Shown here: in pieces, positions 12,510 through 33,560 of the stretch
How positions within the stretch are numbered: the stretch's first letter is position 1
Layout: each line of letters opens with the position of its first letter
Assembly: GCA_033442325.1 (NCBI GenBank)
Contig: JAWQFM010000024.1
Location: 859,822 to 923,821, forward strand
From: Salpingoeca rosetta
Lineage: Eukaryota > Protista > Choanoflagellata
Length of the DNA: 64,000 bases
Direction of reading: 5' to 3'
Position numbers and translations under genes: made by a program
Notes under the pieces: generated by a model
Told to the model about the DNA's origin: nothing
What the model saw: only the letters and a program-made list of their open reading frames with translations
Database searches by the model: none

Positions 12510-14700
12510 ATGCCCACCGTGAGTGATGAGTTGGGAGAGAGGGTTAGGGACCCGTGTGGGGAAGCTGTGTCGATCGCGTCGACCGTGCTGTTGGGCTGCA
12601 TGTTTGGTGGTGGTTCAGTACGTGTTGGCTGCAAACAGTGGCGTGCTTGTGTTTGTTGTTTGAAGAGTTGGCGCGCCTGTCATCACAAGCAAAGGAGTGG
12701 TGCGCAAACCACGATCATCACTGACGCACGAGCTACCAACACCACTACTGCCCAACACCACTGGTCTCAACCACCACCATTCGCCACCACCGGTCTCCAC
12801 CACCACTGCTCACCACCACCACTGTTCATTACCATTGGTGTCCACCACCCCCTGCTCACCACATCCCCCCTCCCAAACACGTTTCTGACTCCTCGCCTCC
12901 TTCTCTCCGTTTCTATTTGTTCGTGTGTAGGTTTCCGGCTACCTGACCAAGCTCGGCTACAAGTCCGGCAAGTGGCAGTCCAGGTTCTTTGTGCTGGACG
13001 ACACTGCGCTGCGCTACTACACGGAGCAGAACGGCCAGCTTAAGGGCGAGATTCTCGTGAGCACCATCACCTCCGCAGAGGCTGTCAAGCCCGGCTGCCA
13101 GGTCGCCCCCGATGCCAGCACCACGGCCCCCAAGAAGCCCGTGGGCCCCTTCTGCCTGAAGATCACCACCCAGGTCAAGGGCACCCGCACCTTCTACTTC
13201 CTCGCCTCCTCCAAGGAGGAGCAGCTCAAGTGGATCAAGGCCCTCCTTCCCAACAAGGAGGACGGCAAGGGCGACCGCCCGTCCTGCCCCTACGCCACCA
13301 GCATCAACGGCGCCCCGCTCGCTGACCCGCAGTACGCCCTGCGCGCCGGCGTCCGCGGCCCGCTCCTCCTCCAGGACTGGCAGCTCGTCGAGAAGCACAC
13401 GCAGTTCAACCGCGAGCGCATCCCCGAGCGCATTGTGCACGCCAAGGGCTCCGGTGCATTCGGCACCTTCACCGTGACGCAGGACCTGAGCAAGTTCACC
13501 AAGGCCAAGTTCCTGAACGAGGTTGGCAAGAAGACCGAGGTCTTCATCCGCTTCTCCACCGTCGCCGGTGAGCTTGGCGCCGCCGATGCCGAGCGCGACG
13601 TGCGCGGCGTCGCCATGAAGTTCTACACGGAGGAGGGCAACTGGGACCTTGTCGGCAACAACACCCCCGTCTTCTTCATCCGTGACCCATCCCTCTTCCC
13701 GGACTTTATCCACACGCAGAAGCGCGACCCCCGCACCAACATGCGCAGCAACGAGGCCGCGTGGAAGTTCTGGTCCGAGCACCCAGAGTCGCTGCACCAG
13801 GTGACCATCCTCATGTCCGACCGCGGCATCCCCACGGGCTACCGCTTCATGAACGCCTACGGCAGCCACACCTACAGCTTCATCAACAAGGACGACGAGC
13901 GCTTCTACGTCAAGTTCCACTTCAAGACCCAGCAGGGCCACAAGCACTACACCAACGCCGAGGCCGCCAAGGTTGTCGGCGGCGACCGCGAGAGCTCCCA
14001 GCGCGACCTCTACGAGGCCATTGAGCTCGGCGACTTCCCCCGCTGGAAGTGCTACGTCCAGGTCATGACCGAGGACGAGGCCGGCGCGTGCCCCTTTGAC
14101 CCCTTTGACCTCACCAAGGTGTGGCCCCACTCCATGTACCCGCTGCACGAGCTCGGCTTCCTCGAGCTCAACCGCAACCCGGACAACTACTTTGCCGAGG
14201 TTGAGCAGGCCGCGTTTGCGCCCAAGAACACCGTCCCCGGCCTGGGCCACAGCCCAGACCCCATGCTGCAGATGCGCATCTTCTCCTACATGGATGCCCA
14301 GAACTACCGCCTCGGCATCAACCACAACCAGCTGCCCGTCAACCGCGCCCGCTGCCCCATCTTCTGCCCGCAGTACCGCTCCGGCCACATGTCCCTCGGC
14401 GAGATCAAGGACGCCAACTTCAACCCCGATGCCAAGGTCAACAGCATGCTTGAGCCGCCACTGAAGCTCGAGGGCGACGCCTTCCGCCCCGTCCCAAAGA
14501 ACCCGGACGACTACACCCAGCCCGGCAACCTCTTCCGCCTGTTTGACCAGGACCAGCGCAACCGCCTCTTCAACAACATTGCCGACGCCATGGAGGGCGT
14601 GTCCAAGGAGGTCATGGAGAAGCAGATTGAGCACTTCTCCCGCTGCGACCCTGCGTATGGGGCAGGCGTGCGCGATGCCATCCAGCGCCGCAGCAAGTAA
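12510..14700 (+). CDS. PH-domain - monofunctional heme catalase fusion; exon 1 12510-12518 (MPT), intron 12519-12930, exon 2 12931-14700
   Basis: Exon 2 is one open frame. PH domain: [30 protein letters not shown]...KGEI...FCLKI...[20 protein letters not shown]. Catalase: [28 protein letters not shown] (distal His), [29 protein letters not shown] (Asn) and [14 protein letters not shown] (proximal Tyr). Donor GTGAGT and acceptor TAG are in phase. Confidence 0.95.
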
Positions 14701-15733
14701 ACCCGGCACCTGCTTGCTACTCCTCATCCACCATCCGTCACACCACCACAACCCACCACCACAACCAGAACCAAACACACCCGTCAACATCAAGTGCCAG
14801 CGACACCACTGCGCGCAAGATGCGAAAAATCAACCAAACAGCCCGACACCGTGCGTGTCTTGCTGTTTGGCATTTGTCTTTCGCTGTGATCTTGTCGTCT
14901 TTTGTTTTTGTCTCGTTTTTCTTTGTTGTTGATTGGGTTGGTTTGCAATTGTTTGCTGGTGGCGTGTAGCGTACCAGCCCCCCCCCCCGGACGTTGTTGC
15001 TTTTTGGATGTTGTTTCTCTCTTGTTCTCTGCTCCAATTTGCCAATGACGCTTGCTTGTCCCCCCCCCCCCTTTGCTTTTACCCCTTTCTCTTCTGCTCC
15101 CTTCTCCTGTGTTCCCCTCCTGCTGCATAACTGGTCCCGCGTGCTGTGTTGTGTCTCTTCGATAAGTACACACGATTCTCCACGCAACTGCGTCAGCCAA
15201 CCCAACAGCACAGCACATTGCCGCCAGTGTCAAAGTATGCAACGCGTGGCTGTTGTTTGGTTATGTACATTCATTGATCCCACTTCGTTGTGTTGGAACG
15301 AGAAGACGAGTAAGACTGTCATGCGGGGGTGGGGGTGTGGTTGTGGCTTTGCTGGCGGTTGTTGGCGATGAGCAGGATTGAATTGGTTGTTTGATTGCTT
15401 GCTTGCTGGCGTGCACGTTCGATCCAGCAATGACATGACATGACGTGACATGACAGAAGTCTCTCTCATTGACAAACGCACGTGTCAAAGAGTGAAAGAA
15501 GGAGCAAAGGGAAGAGGTGCATCTTCGTCTGTGCCAAAATACAGATGATGACTGTCCTTGGGTGTGCGTGTGTGGCTGTGGTGGGTGTGGTATGCACAGG
15601 AACAAGAGTTGCAGCACGAAGTGCCGCAGCGTCAAAACCACGACAACAAAACAAAAACCGAGCCATTAAACCACACGCAACAGTAACTCGTGTTGGTGAC
15701 ACACACAATGACCAGCGGCACCTATTGATTGCC

Positions 15734-16314
15734 TCAGCTGCTCTTCTTCTTCTTGTGCGACTTGTGCTTCTTGCGCCGGCCAAACAGCGTTCCAAAGAAT
15801 CCCTTTCGCATCGTGTCCGTGTATTCCTTGGGCGCATCTGCCTGTTTCAGTGCATGTACAGAGAGCCGCTTCTTGATCTCGGGGTCAAGCTTGCGCGGGA
15901 TCTGGTTTGGTGGCGGTGGTGGTGGCGGTGGTGGTGAGGGTGGGGGAGGCATGTAGGTTTCACATGGTGGCAGTGTTGTTGTTTAAGTTGTTGTTTACAT
16001 TAAGTTGGTGGTGTTGTTGTTGGTGGTGGTGGTGGCAATGCAAGTGCACAGTGTGACAGACCGTGTCCTCGACGCTGCGCTCAACGGCATACAGATCCTC
16101 CACGTCATCCTCATCGTACGTGCCCATGCCATGCGCTGCTTCGTGCTCCTGTACAAGTGTGCGGGTGCAAGTGTGTGTGTGTGTGTGGGGGGGGGGGGAG
16201 GTGAGTTGGCAAATAAGGGGCAATGGCGTCTCTCGAGTGTGTTGCTGAAGCAGACACAACAACTCTGCAAACAGCTCGCTCCAAACACACACACACACAC
16301 ATATATATACACAC

Positions 16315-16362
<48 letters not shown>

Positions 16363-16764
16363 GCACGCACACACCTGTCTGTCGAATTGTGTCTTGAGTT
16401 TCTTGATTTCCATGCGCAGCTCGTCGTTGGTCTTCAGTACATCATTGAGCTTCTCAAGCTCCCTGCCAAGGCGAACGGACACGTTTACATGTGTACGTGT
16501 GTGTGTGTGTCAGTGAGTGAGGTATACTTGTCACTGGGAGCGATGGTGCCACATGCGTTGTTCTTGAATTGGAAAGCGCAGTGCAAAGCAGGTCGCCTCA
16601 CGTGTCGATGGCTGTATCCATGGCGGCGATTCGGTCCAGTACTCCCTGTCGCTCATCGTCATCCATCGTCTCCTCCAGCAGCACATCGAGCACGCGCCGC
16701 TTCTTCCGGAATTCTCCAATGGCATCGCGGTGCACCTGTAACAGCAGCGTGTGTGTATGTGTGT

Positions 16765-16852
<88 letters not shown>

Positions 16853-17271
16853 CATCAAAGTGTGCCAATGACGGTGTTGTGGTTGATGACAGTGATGCAG
16901 CGAGCAAGTCCATCACAACGAAGCCACTGAGGTTGTGCTGACACTCCCCAGCACAGGTAACCACACACACACACACAGACACAGCGTACCTCGCAGGCGG
17001 TCAGCAATGCGGCAACAGCATCAAGTGTTTCGCGTTTTGCTGCCAGAATTGCCCGATATCGCACGCGCGCAATGAATCCTTTGCACACTTTCCGCACAAA
17101 TCTCAACGCCTCTGCGTGCTTTCGCATGGCAAGTTGCAGCTCGTCGATGTGGTTGTACTTCAGAAACACCTGTGTTTGTGTTTGTGTTTGAATTTGGGGA
17201 GGGCGAGGATGGATGGTTGGTGCAAAGAGAAATGAGGTGAGGCGTGCACAAGGCAGGCAGCAACGCAAGTA

Positions 17272-17348
<77 letters not shown>

Positions 17349-19283
17349 ACTGAACACCCAGACAAGTGCGCACAAAGGGCGGACCAACCTTGCTGGTGCC
17401 GATGCGGTAATTCTTGAGTCCAGCCAGCGTCAAGATGCGTTGCGCCGTTTCCGCGTCCGTGTTGGGCTGTTCGTCTGCCATTGGGTCGGTTTGCAGAGTA
17501 CATGTGGGGTTTGCATTACACGTGAACTACGGAGAATGTTCTTGCATGCAACAACATAACTTCAGGACTCCACACAGGCAGACAGACAGACAGACAGACG
17601 TGCACGCACGGGCGGGGGCATTGAGTGCACTCTGTACTGTTGAGTGAGCAACTTACGGGCTTTGCAGAAGATGATGCGGTAGTGTTTGCAAAACTCTTCA
17701 AAGGACATGCGGACCGCGTATCCGGCCTGGCGAATCCGGACAGTTTCCAGGACACCGGCGTACTTGAGTTGTTTTGAAACGGCTTTGCTGTTAAACGCAT
17801 GCGGTTTCTTGTCCGTGTTGGGCTTGATGCAGCGAACAAAATGGGGCCTTGATGCAGATAGTGCGTCATGGATGTGGTGGTGTAGTTCGGGAGTTTGTGG
17901 TTGATTGGGTATTGTTGTTCGCGAATAAGGAAGGTGGTGATGGCATGTGCACAGGTGTACATCGTGAGAGGGTGAGGGGGTGGCAGGCAAGTTGTAACGC
18001 GACGCCAGCCGAGTACACACAGCAATGAGTACATATTCAGTCATCACCACAGGCACAGACACACACAGACACAGACACACACACACGCATGCATGCACGC
18101 ACACACACAGGCACAGACACAGATACAGACAGACACATACACACGCACGCATGCACGCACGCACGCACACACACACACACACGCATGCATGCACGCACAC
18201 ACACGCACACACGCACACACGCACATACAGCGGTGTTGAGTGCGCACATTGTTCTGTTGAGGGCAGACATGAGTTCGTCGAGGGATTTGAGGAAGAAGGA
18301 GGAGAGTGTGGCGAGATTTGCCTGAGGTTTTCGGAAAAAGCGGCCTGTGAATGAATGTCACACAACCACAACAACAGGAGACGGTGGGATGACAGAGTGG
18401 GTGTTGGACGTGAGGAGGAGGTGGAGGAAGATGGAGAAAGATGGAGAAGGTAACTTGCAAGAAGGATCAAGGGAATCGTGACGGCAGTGCTGACAACAAC
18501 GGCACAGACACACACCAACACCTACACCAACACCTACACCTACACATACACCTACACCTACACCGACACCTACACCTACACCCACACCTACACCTACACC
18601 GACACCTACACCTACACCAACACCTTCACCTACGCACTCATTAGCACACGCTTTGCTTACTCTGTCTGCGTTTGCTCTGGACCTTGAAGCCGGAAGCCAT
18701 GTCGCGTTGTGCGGTGTACAGCGCAACAAGAAACTCCGAGCGGCTCTGCAAGAGTGTTGGCACGACAGAGTCGGCCAACTTGTCCTTGTTCTTCTCCAGA
18801 AACCCTTCGCACGAGTACGTGACCTGCGCGCGCGCGTGTGTTGGTTTGTTGGGGGGAAGGGTTGGGGTAACGGGAGGAGGAGGGACAGCGCGTGATTTCG
18901 AGCAAGAGCAGCATGTGAGGGCGGTGGGCGCTGTCAGCAGCAAGGGCGTGATGGCAAGTGGCAGACATGTTTCGCTGCACGATGCAGTCAAACCACAGCG
19001 GACAAGGGAACACAAGGAAACAGATGACAACATCACCACCACTGAAACCGTCACCATCACCACCATCACCACCATCACCACCATCGTCACTGGCATCAGC
19101 GGACCTGGCCAGCAAAGTGGTTGACGGTGAATTTGAGATCACGGGATGACCGGGCGGGCGTGAAGGCGTTGGACCTGTGCTGCTTCAACTGCTCGCCGCA
19201 CTTGTTCACAAACGCATTGTCGCTCCCTTGTGGAAACCGGGACTTCTTGCGGACACACACACACACACACAGGCACTCCTGCA

Positions 19284-19319
<36 letters not shown>

Positions 19320-20209
19320 NNNNNNNNNNNNNNNNNNNNNNNNNNNNNNNNNNNNNNNNNNNNNNNNNNNNNNNNNNNNNNNNNNNNNNNNNNNNNNNNN
19401 NNNNNNNNNNNNNNNNNNNAGCCAACCGTCCGAACCAATCAACCCAACGACTAACAAGATGAACAAGAGAAAGAGACAATACACAATCGACACACGCACG
19501 CACACACACATACACGCGCGCGCACACACACGCACACACACACACGCGCGCGCACACACAGACACACACACACACACACCTCGTTGAGAAGAGAAAGAAT
19601 GCCGCCTTTGCCCGCGCAGAGAAAGATGATGTCTTGGTTGTCTGGATACGAAAACTCGGAGCCATCAATACCTTCTTGCTTGTACGCTTCAACCTCCATC
19701 TGAACACATGTCAGCAGTGCACGTAAAGAAGAACAGCAGGAGTGTGTCAAGGGTAGGTGGGCGCAGTCGAAGCAGTGGACAGATACACAGGCAAAGCCAG
19801 CACCGACAAAGGCAGCATTGGCACACACTCACACACATTTACACGAATTAAAAATTCACCTTCACCCAAGCACGCAAGCGTACACAGACACACAGACACA
19901 CAGACACACAGACACACACTTCGAAGATGTGTTGGTTGAAGAATCGCTGCAGGTGCTCGTTGGTGATGTTGATGCAGAGCTGCTCAAGTGAATTCTCTTC
20001 AAACTGCTCAAACCCAAAGATGTCCAGCACACCCATGCTGCACGCCTTGAGGTGCGACACGCTCGCGTCGCACGCCAGCGTGTCGTTGAGGGACGAGATG
20101 AGCCACGCAAAGCATCGCGAGTACAGCGATTTCGCAATGGAATCACGCGCGTCTGCAGCAGCAGTTGGATCGTGCAACCGCACAATCTCCTCTCCTGGTG
20201 TGGTGGCGG

Positions 20210-20251
<42 letters not shown>

Positions 20252-22994
20252 GTTGTGGTGTATGGTGGTGGTGGCAGTGTATGATGGGTGGACGGAAGAT
20301 GAGTGCAACGTGATTGACGATGGTCGCAGGCGCACTCTTGGAAGCACCTGGAATCTTGCGAGCCGCCACCACCTCCCGACAATGCCACGACCACATGCAC
20401 GTGCTCACCTCGCGTTGTTGTGACGGCCGTTGTCAGGATGCTTTGCAGTTGTTGTTCATCAAGACCTGAGGCACCAAGGAGGTGCAGTTTGGTTGCAAGG
20501 GATGGTGTTTTGTTGGGGTTTAGCAAAACGCGTCAAATTGGGAATGCTGTTGGTTCGGTTACAGATAGACAGACAGACAGAGAGACAGAGACAGAGACAG
20601 AGACAGAGACAGAGACAAGCAGACAGAGACAGAGACAGAGACAGAGACAAGCAGACAGAGAGGCAAGACACACGCAAAACACAGACACACGCGGACCTGT
20701 GAGCTCGGCTGCGTGTTGCAGCGAGGGCGACGACGATGAGGAGACGCTGGCGCCGTCCTGATACCAATGTCATGTGAGGATGAGGACAACAAGGAGAGGA
20801 GTGCATGCACGCGACGAGTGTGAGGACTCAAGAAATCATGGATGACACACACACACACACATACACGCACACAACCGTGACAGAAGCAGAGGCAGAGCGG
20901 AGGAACAAACGAACAAGCGCGCGCACAGACACACACGCACACAGGCACAGACAGACAGACAGACAGACAGACACACACACACACAGACAAACACACACAG
21001 ACAGACAGACACAGACAAACACACACACACACATACACACACAGACACACGCACGTTTGGCGCCGGTGTGAACGCAATGTCGCCAATGTGCAGGATTGCG
21101 GATATGACATCAAAGAGCGCATCGATCTCCGTCGCGTCGAAGCCAAAGTTGAACATCATGTCCAGCAGCTGGTGATAGCGTTGGTGGTGGTGGATGATGA
21201 TGATGATGATGATGCATGTGTGAGCAGTGGTGGCGGTGGTGATGATCGTGCATGAGTGCATGATGAGTAGCAACTGCGTGTGAGGCGACGTGAAATTGTA
21301 CAACAAGACAGAGAGCCAACAATGTCCGGACAGCCAGCAGACGCATGCTCATACCTGGTTGAAATGCTGCTCCATGTTGCGCTTCTTGTTGTGTGCGCTC
21401 TTTGAAGTGTTGCGCACGTACGCGTGCTGGGATACGGGCCTGATTGGCGGTGTGATTCTCAGTGTCAGCGATTGTGCAAGGGGAAAAGAGCAGCGAGGCA
21501 CGGGGGAACGAAGCAAGAAAGGAAGCAAGAAAGACCGCATCTGTCCTTTCCCAAAGCACACACACATACACACATACACACATACACGCATATACACACA
21601 CATATACAGTTGCTCACTTGAGGTGGCGCTGTGATCTGTTCTCTTCGCTCATGCCCTCCAGGACGTAGTAGAAGATGTGGAAGTTGCTCTCGTTGTCCTG
21701 TACATGACGGGACAGGTGGTGATTGTAATTGGTGAGGCATGGCGTGGCATGAATACATGTTCGTACGCTCGTGCGTGCATGGCCGTTGCGGATGTGTGTG
21801 TGTGTGTGTGTGTGTGACAGACGAAAGCACCTCCTCACAAGAGCGTGCATGAAAGTGGCATGAGTTGGGTCGAGGGCTCACTTGTAGATGCGTGACGCGT
21901 GATTTCTCCAGCAGATACGTGGTCAGCTCAGCTGTTGGTGTGTTGGTTGTGTGAATGTGTTGGATGGCATGAGCATCAGCAAGGCGCAGCCTGCACGCAC
22001 GTGCACAACACAGTCAGACAAAGATTCGCGAACGCACATGCACATGCACAGAAGAGACACACCTCCAAGCACAGAGCCAGTGCGATCAAAGTTGAGGTTG
22101 ATGTATTTGCCGAAGCGTGACGAGTTGTCGTTCATCACTGCACAACACAGGTGAATCAGGGTGTAAGCTGACATTAGACCCAGGAAGCGACTCGAATGTG
22201 CATACGGGTGTGCACACGCTTGTAGTGATGCTACACACAGACAGACAGGCAGACACACACACACACACACACAGACGACCACACAGACAGACAGACACAC
22301 ACAGACAGACAGACACACACAGACAGACAGATACACACACACACACCTGTCTGTGCGTTGCCGAATGCTTCAAGGAGCGGGTTGAGGCGAAGGATGTTGG
22401 TCTCCAGGATGGTCTTGCCTGCTTTGCACACCTCCATCACGTGTGTGATGATGTGTTTCGTTGTCTCCGTCTTTCCAGCTCCGCTCTCCCCGCTGTGACC
22501 AGCAGGCCACAAGGCAATGACACGTGGCGATGGTGAGTTCAAATGCATTGTGTGATTGTGTGATTGTGTGGGATAATGCATGCAGGTGTGCGTGCGTGTG
22601 TACACGCGTGTGAGTGTGTGTTGCACGAAGGTGTTGATGTTTATGCGAGAGCAGCAACCGCTGCTGCCAGCGACTGACCTGATGACGAAGCTTTGATCTG
22701 TCTTGGTCTGCATCATGCGCTCGTAGGCGTAGTTGGCAACAAAGTACACATGCGGGGCAACCGCGGTGCGTGGGACGCGGCCTTTGTACTTGTCTTGCAT
22801 CTATCGATGACGGTGATGAAGCGGGAGGCGGGGTGTGAGAGTGAACAGTAAGAGAAGCCTGAGGGCAAGCGATCGGCAGTAATCATGTTGAACAAGCTCA
22901 AGCACACAGTGTACAAGCTCACAGACACCAACACAAACACAGACACAGACACAGACAGAGTGAGACAAACACAGACACAGACACCAACACAAAC

Positions 22995-23029
<35 letters not shown>

Positions 23030-23044
23030 CACACACACACACAC

Positions 23045-23077
<33 letters not shown>

Positions 23078-23585
23078 CACTCACACACATACACNNNNNN
23101 NNNNNNNNNNNNNNNNNNNNNNNNNNNNNNNNNNNNNNNNNNNNNNNNNNNNNNNNNNNNNNNNNNNNNNNNNNNNNNNNNNNNNNNNNNNNNNACACAA
23201 CACACACATACGCACCGCTTGTGTGTAGAGGCCCAGCTCCCGGTAAGGGTTACACGCCACGAGGATGTCACCAATGTATGTCTGTTGATCCAAGCATGGA
23301 TGTCATCATCCACACAGCAGGCATGAGCTGTGCAGCACAGTGACCCACGCAAACGCCTCACCACAGCCATCAACAGCGTCACAGGCATTCGTGCAGCCGG
23401 ACAACCAGCCGTCTGGTGCGAAGCCCTCACACACTTGAAGCACCCACATGACGCACTCGCATCAACATCAACATCCACATCTCAACACCCATGCTTACAT
23501 AGATGACATCCTTGGAGAATCGCGACGACAGCTGCTTGACGAGCGCTGATTCAGACAGCTCCCGCAGCTGGGCAAGGTCATCCAT
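15734..23585 (-). CDS. Unconventional myosin (motor + one IQ-like motif + coiled coil + Pro-rich/polybasic tail), more than 20 exons
   Basis: [12 protein letters not shown]...DVIY|[13 protein letters not shown]; P-loop GESGAGKT; LEAFGNAQT; switch [10 protein letters not shown]; YLLEKSRV; NFHIFYY; switch II LDIFGFE; [13 protein letters not shown]; NHFAG; FLEKNKD; [10 protein letters not shown]; [18 protein letters not shown]; IQ-like [14 protein letters not shown]. Two gaps lie in introns. Confidence 0.93.
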
Positions 23586-24053
23586 GCCTGCTCGCCTTGC
23601 TTGGCTTGCTGCTCGCGTCGCCACTCAGCCTCTCGCCAGCATCCACACAAGCCTACAAGGTGATCAGCACATACACAGAAGCAAGCTGGCACCACCACAC
23701 CCTTGTTGCTTGTTGACTTCTTCTCGTATCCGTTCGTGCGTGTGCGTGAATTTCAGCGGAATTTAAGTGACGACGAAGGACAGAAGGTGACACCAACGAT
23801 GACTGCCTTGTTGCCAACCTTGCTTGCCAACCTTGCTTGCACTGTTGCGATGTGCTGTGACATGACATGAAGTGACACAGTGCGCAAACAAGCTCGCTCG
23901 CTTGTTGGCGAAGCTTGACGCTTGATGGTTGTAGGGAGGATTCATCTCCTAATGCTGCTGTGTGCATGTGTGCATAGACAGATCGACTTGACGCAGGATT
24001 GCTGACTCGCTTGCTTGGCTTTGCTGGATGGGATCAACAAGCTACCATCAGTG

Positions 24054-31665
<7,612 letters not shown>

Positions 31666-32054
31666 GGACAGCAAACCGCTGATGATGAGCGCTCATGTGT
31701 GCCTGCGTGCGTGCGTGCGTGCGTGCGTGCGATTGTGTGTGTGTGTGTGTGTGTGTGAAAGGGATGGGAGTTGTTTGGCTCAAGCAAGGAGCGCCATCAG
31801 GCTTTGTTTCAAAGCGGTGCGTACCCCTTTCTACGATTTGTAAATGCAGTTTTTGCTCCAAGACCGTTTCCTTCGAGCATTTAATGATAATGATGCAGCG
31901 AGCCAGCTGAAAACACACAGACACACACACACACACACACAGACACACACACACACACACACACACAGACAGACACACAGACACGCACATACAGACGCAC
32001 AGACAGACACAGACAGACACAGACACATACACACACACGCACGCACGCACATGT

Positions 32055-32467
32055 CTATTGTCGACCGCTCATGGCCTGGGGCGGGAGCTTTCGAGCCGCG
32101 CGCTTGCCCTGGTTACGGCGGAGAACAACCAGCATTGCAAACGTGGCCGCTGCGAGCGAATACCTGCCAGCAAAGGAAGGAAGGAAGGAAGGAAGGAAAC
32201 AGGGTGTGTGTGCGTGGATTGTGAGTCGTGCATACATGTATGTGAGCACGTGTATGTGCATGTGTTGTGCTGGCGAACAAGAAAGCAAGTGTTTAAGTGT
32301 ACAAGTGTACAAGTGTGCGGAGGTGATGACAGCAACCATGAGAGCACAACAGCGGCAGTAGAGATGCAACCATGACGGACCAAGTGATGATGTACTGCAT
32401 ATGTTCGTTGCGGATGTTGATCTGCGTCTGTCCACCAAGCGGCATCCCTCCAGGCGGCGTGCACTCT

Positions 32468-32515
<48 letters not shown>

Positions 32516-33482
32516 GGTGATGAAGATGAGGGGTTGTGGTGCATGGATCGCTCATGGAATGGCGTGCAGTGTAATGCACGGGAGCATAACAGTGCAATCA
32601 TCACACTCTGCAGCAGCGAATCAAGACAATGCTTCTCACCTTCCACGACATCAATGAGGATTGGCTTTGTGTTTCGCGCTTCCGACATTGTCTGCAGGCA
32701 ACCGGCAATTGTCAGCGTCGGTGAGAAACAGAGAGGGCGTGTGTGTGTGCGTGATTGTGTGCGTGCGTGATGGTGTGTGTGCGTGTGTGTGTTTGTGTGC
32801 GGTGTGCGGTGTGTGTGTGTGTCGGTCGCCTTGTTTGTGTGCGGTTTGCGGTGTGTGTGATGATGATGGCACCTTGATATCGATCCAGCGCCACTCATCC
32901 TTCTCCGGCTCATTCTCAGGAACAAACGCCCCTTTCTGTTCAGTGCAAGCACATGTGGGGGAGGGAAGGGGGGGGGGGAGGAGAGGTGTCACAATGTGAG
33001 CGGCAACGAACGACAATTGTTTCCGGTTGTGGATGGACGACACTGACACAACAAGACGGACAGAAATAACCGAATGGACAAGGACAACAATAAGCAAGCA
33101 AGCACACATGTTCATCGCACACACACACACACCTTTTCTCCGAGGCGAACGATGCCCTCAAGCTTCTGCTTGCCCTGCACTTGTCCTTGCTGGCGTTTCG
33201 ATGGAGGAACGTAGTCCTCTGTGACAAAACCGCGGTTGACTAGAATCACATCCCTGCCAGCACATCATGTGGTGGTGAGGTTTGTGCGTGCGTGTGTGCG
33301 TGCGTGCGTGTGTGCGTGCGTGTGTGTGTGGTTGATGGCGCGTGAGTGTCCAGGAGTGCTGCAGGCGGGAGGAGAGGGCACGCAACAACAACAATTCATG
33401 TTGTATCAGCCATCGTGCGTACCCGGTGTCTGCGCGGCGGAACGGAGTGATGATCTGGGCACCGGGGGTGGGCACATCGCCC

Positions 33483-33560
<78 letters not shown>

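Noticed and set aside
14698-14760. Stop-codon readthrough generating a cryptic PTS1 on the catalase
   Set aside because: The stop is TAA followed by A, not the leaky TGA-CTA context, and no nearby SKL-type terminus is seen in frame.
12913-14793. 626-aa antisense ORF overlapping the catalase
   Set aside because: Shadow ORF: the extreme C/G third-position bias of the sense gene removes TTA/CTA/TCA codons and therefore antisense stops. No recognisable motifs.
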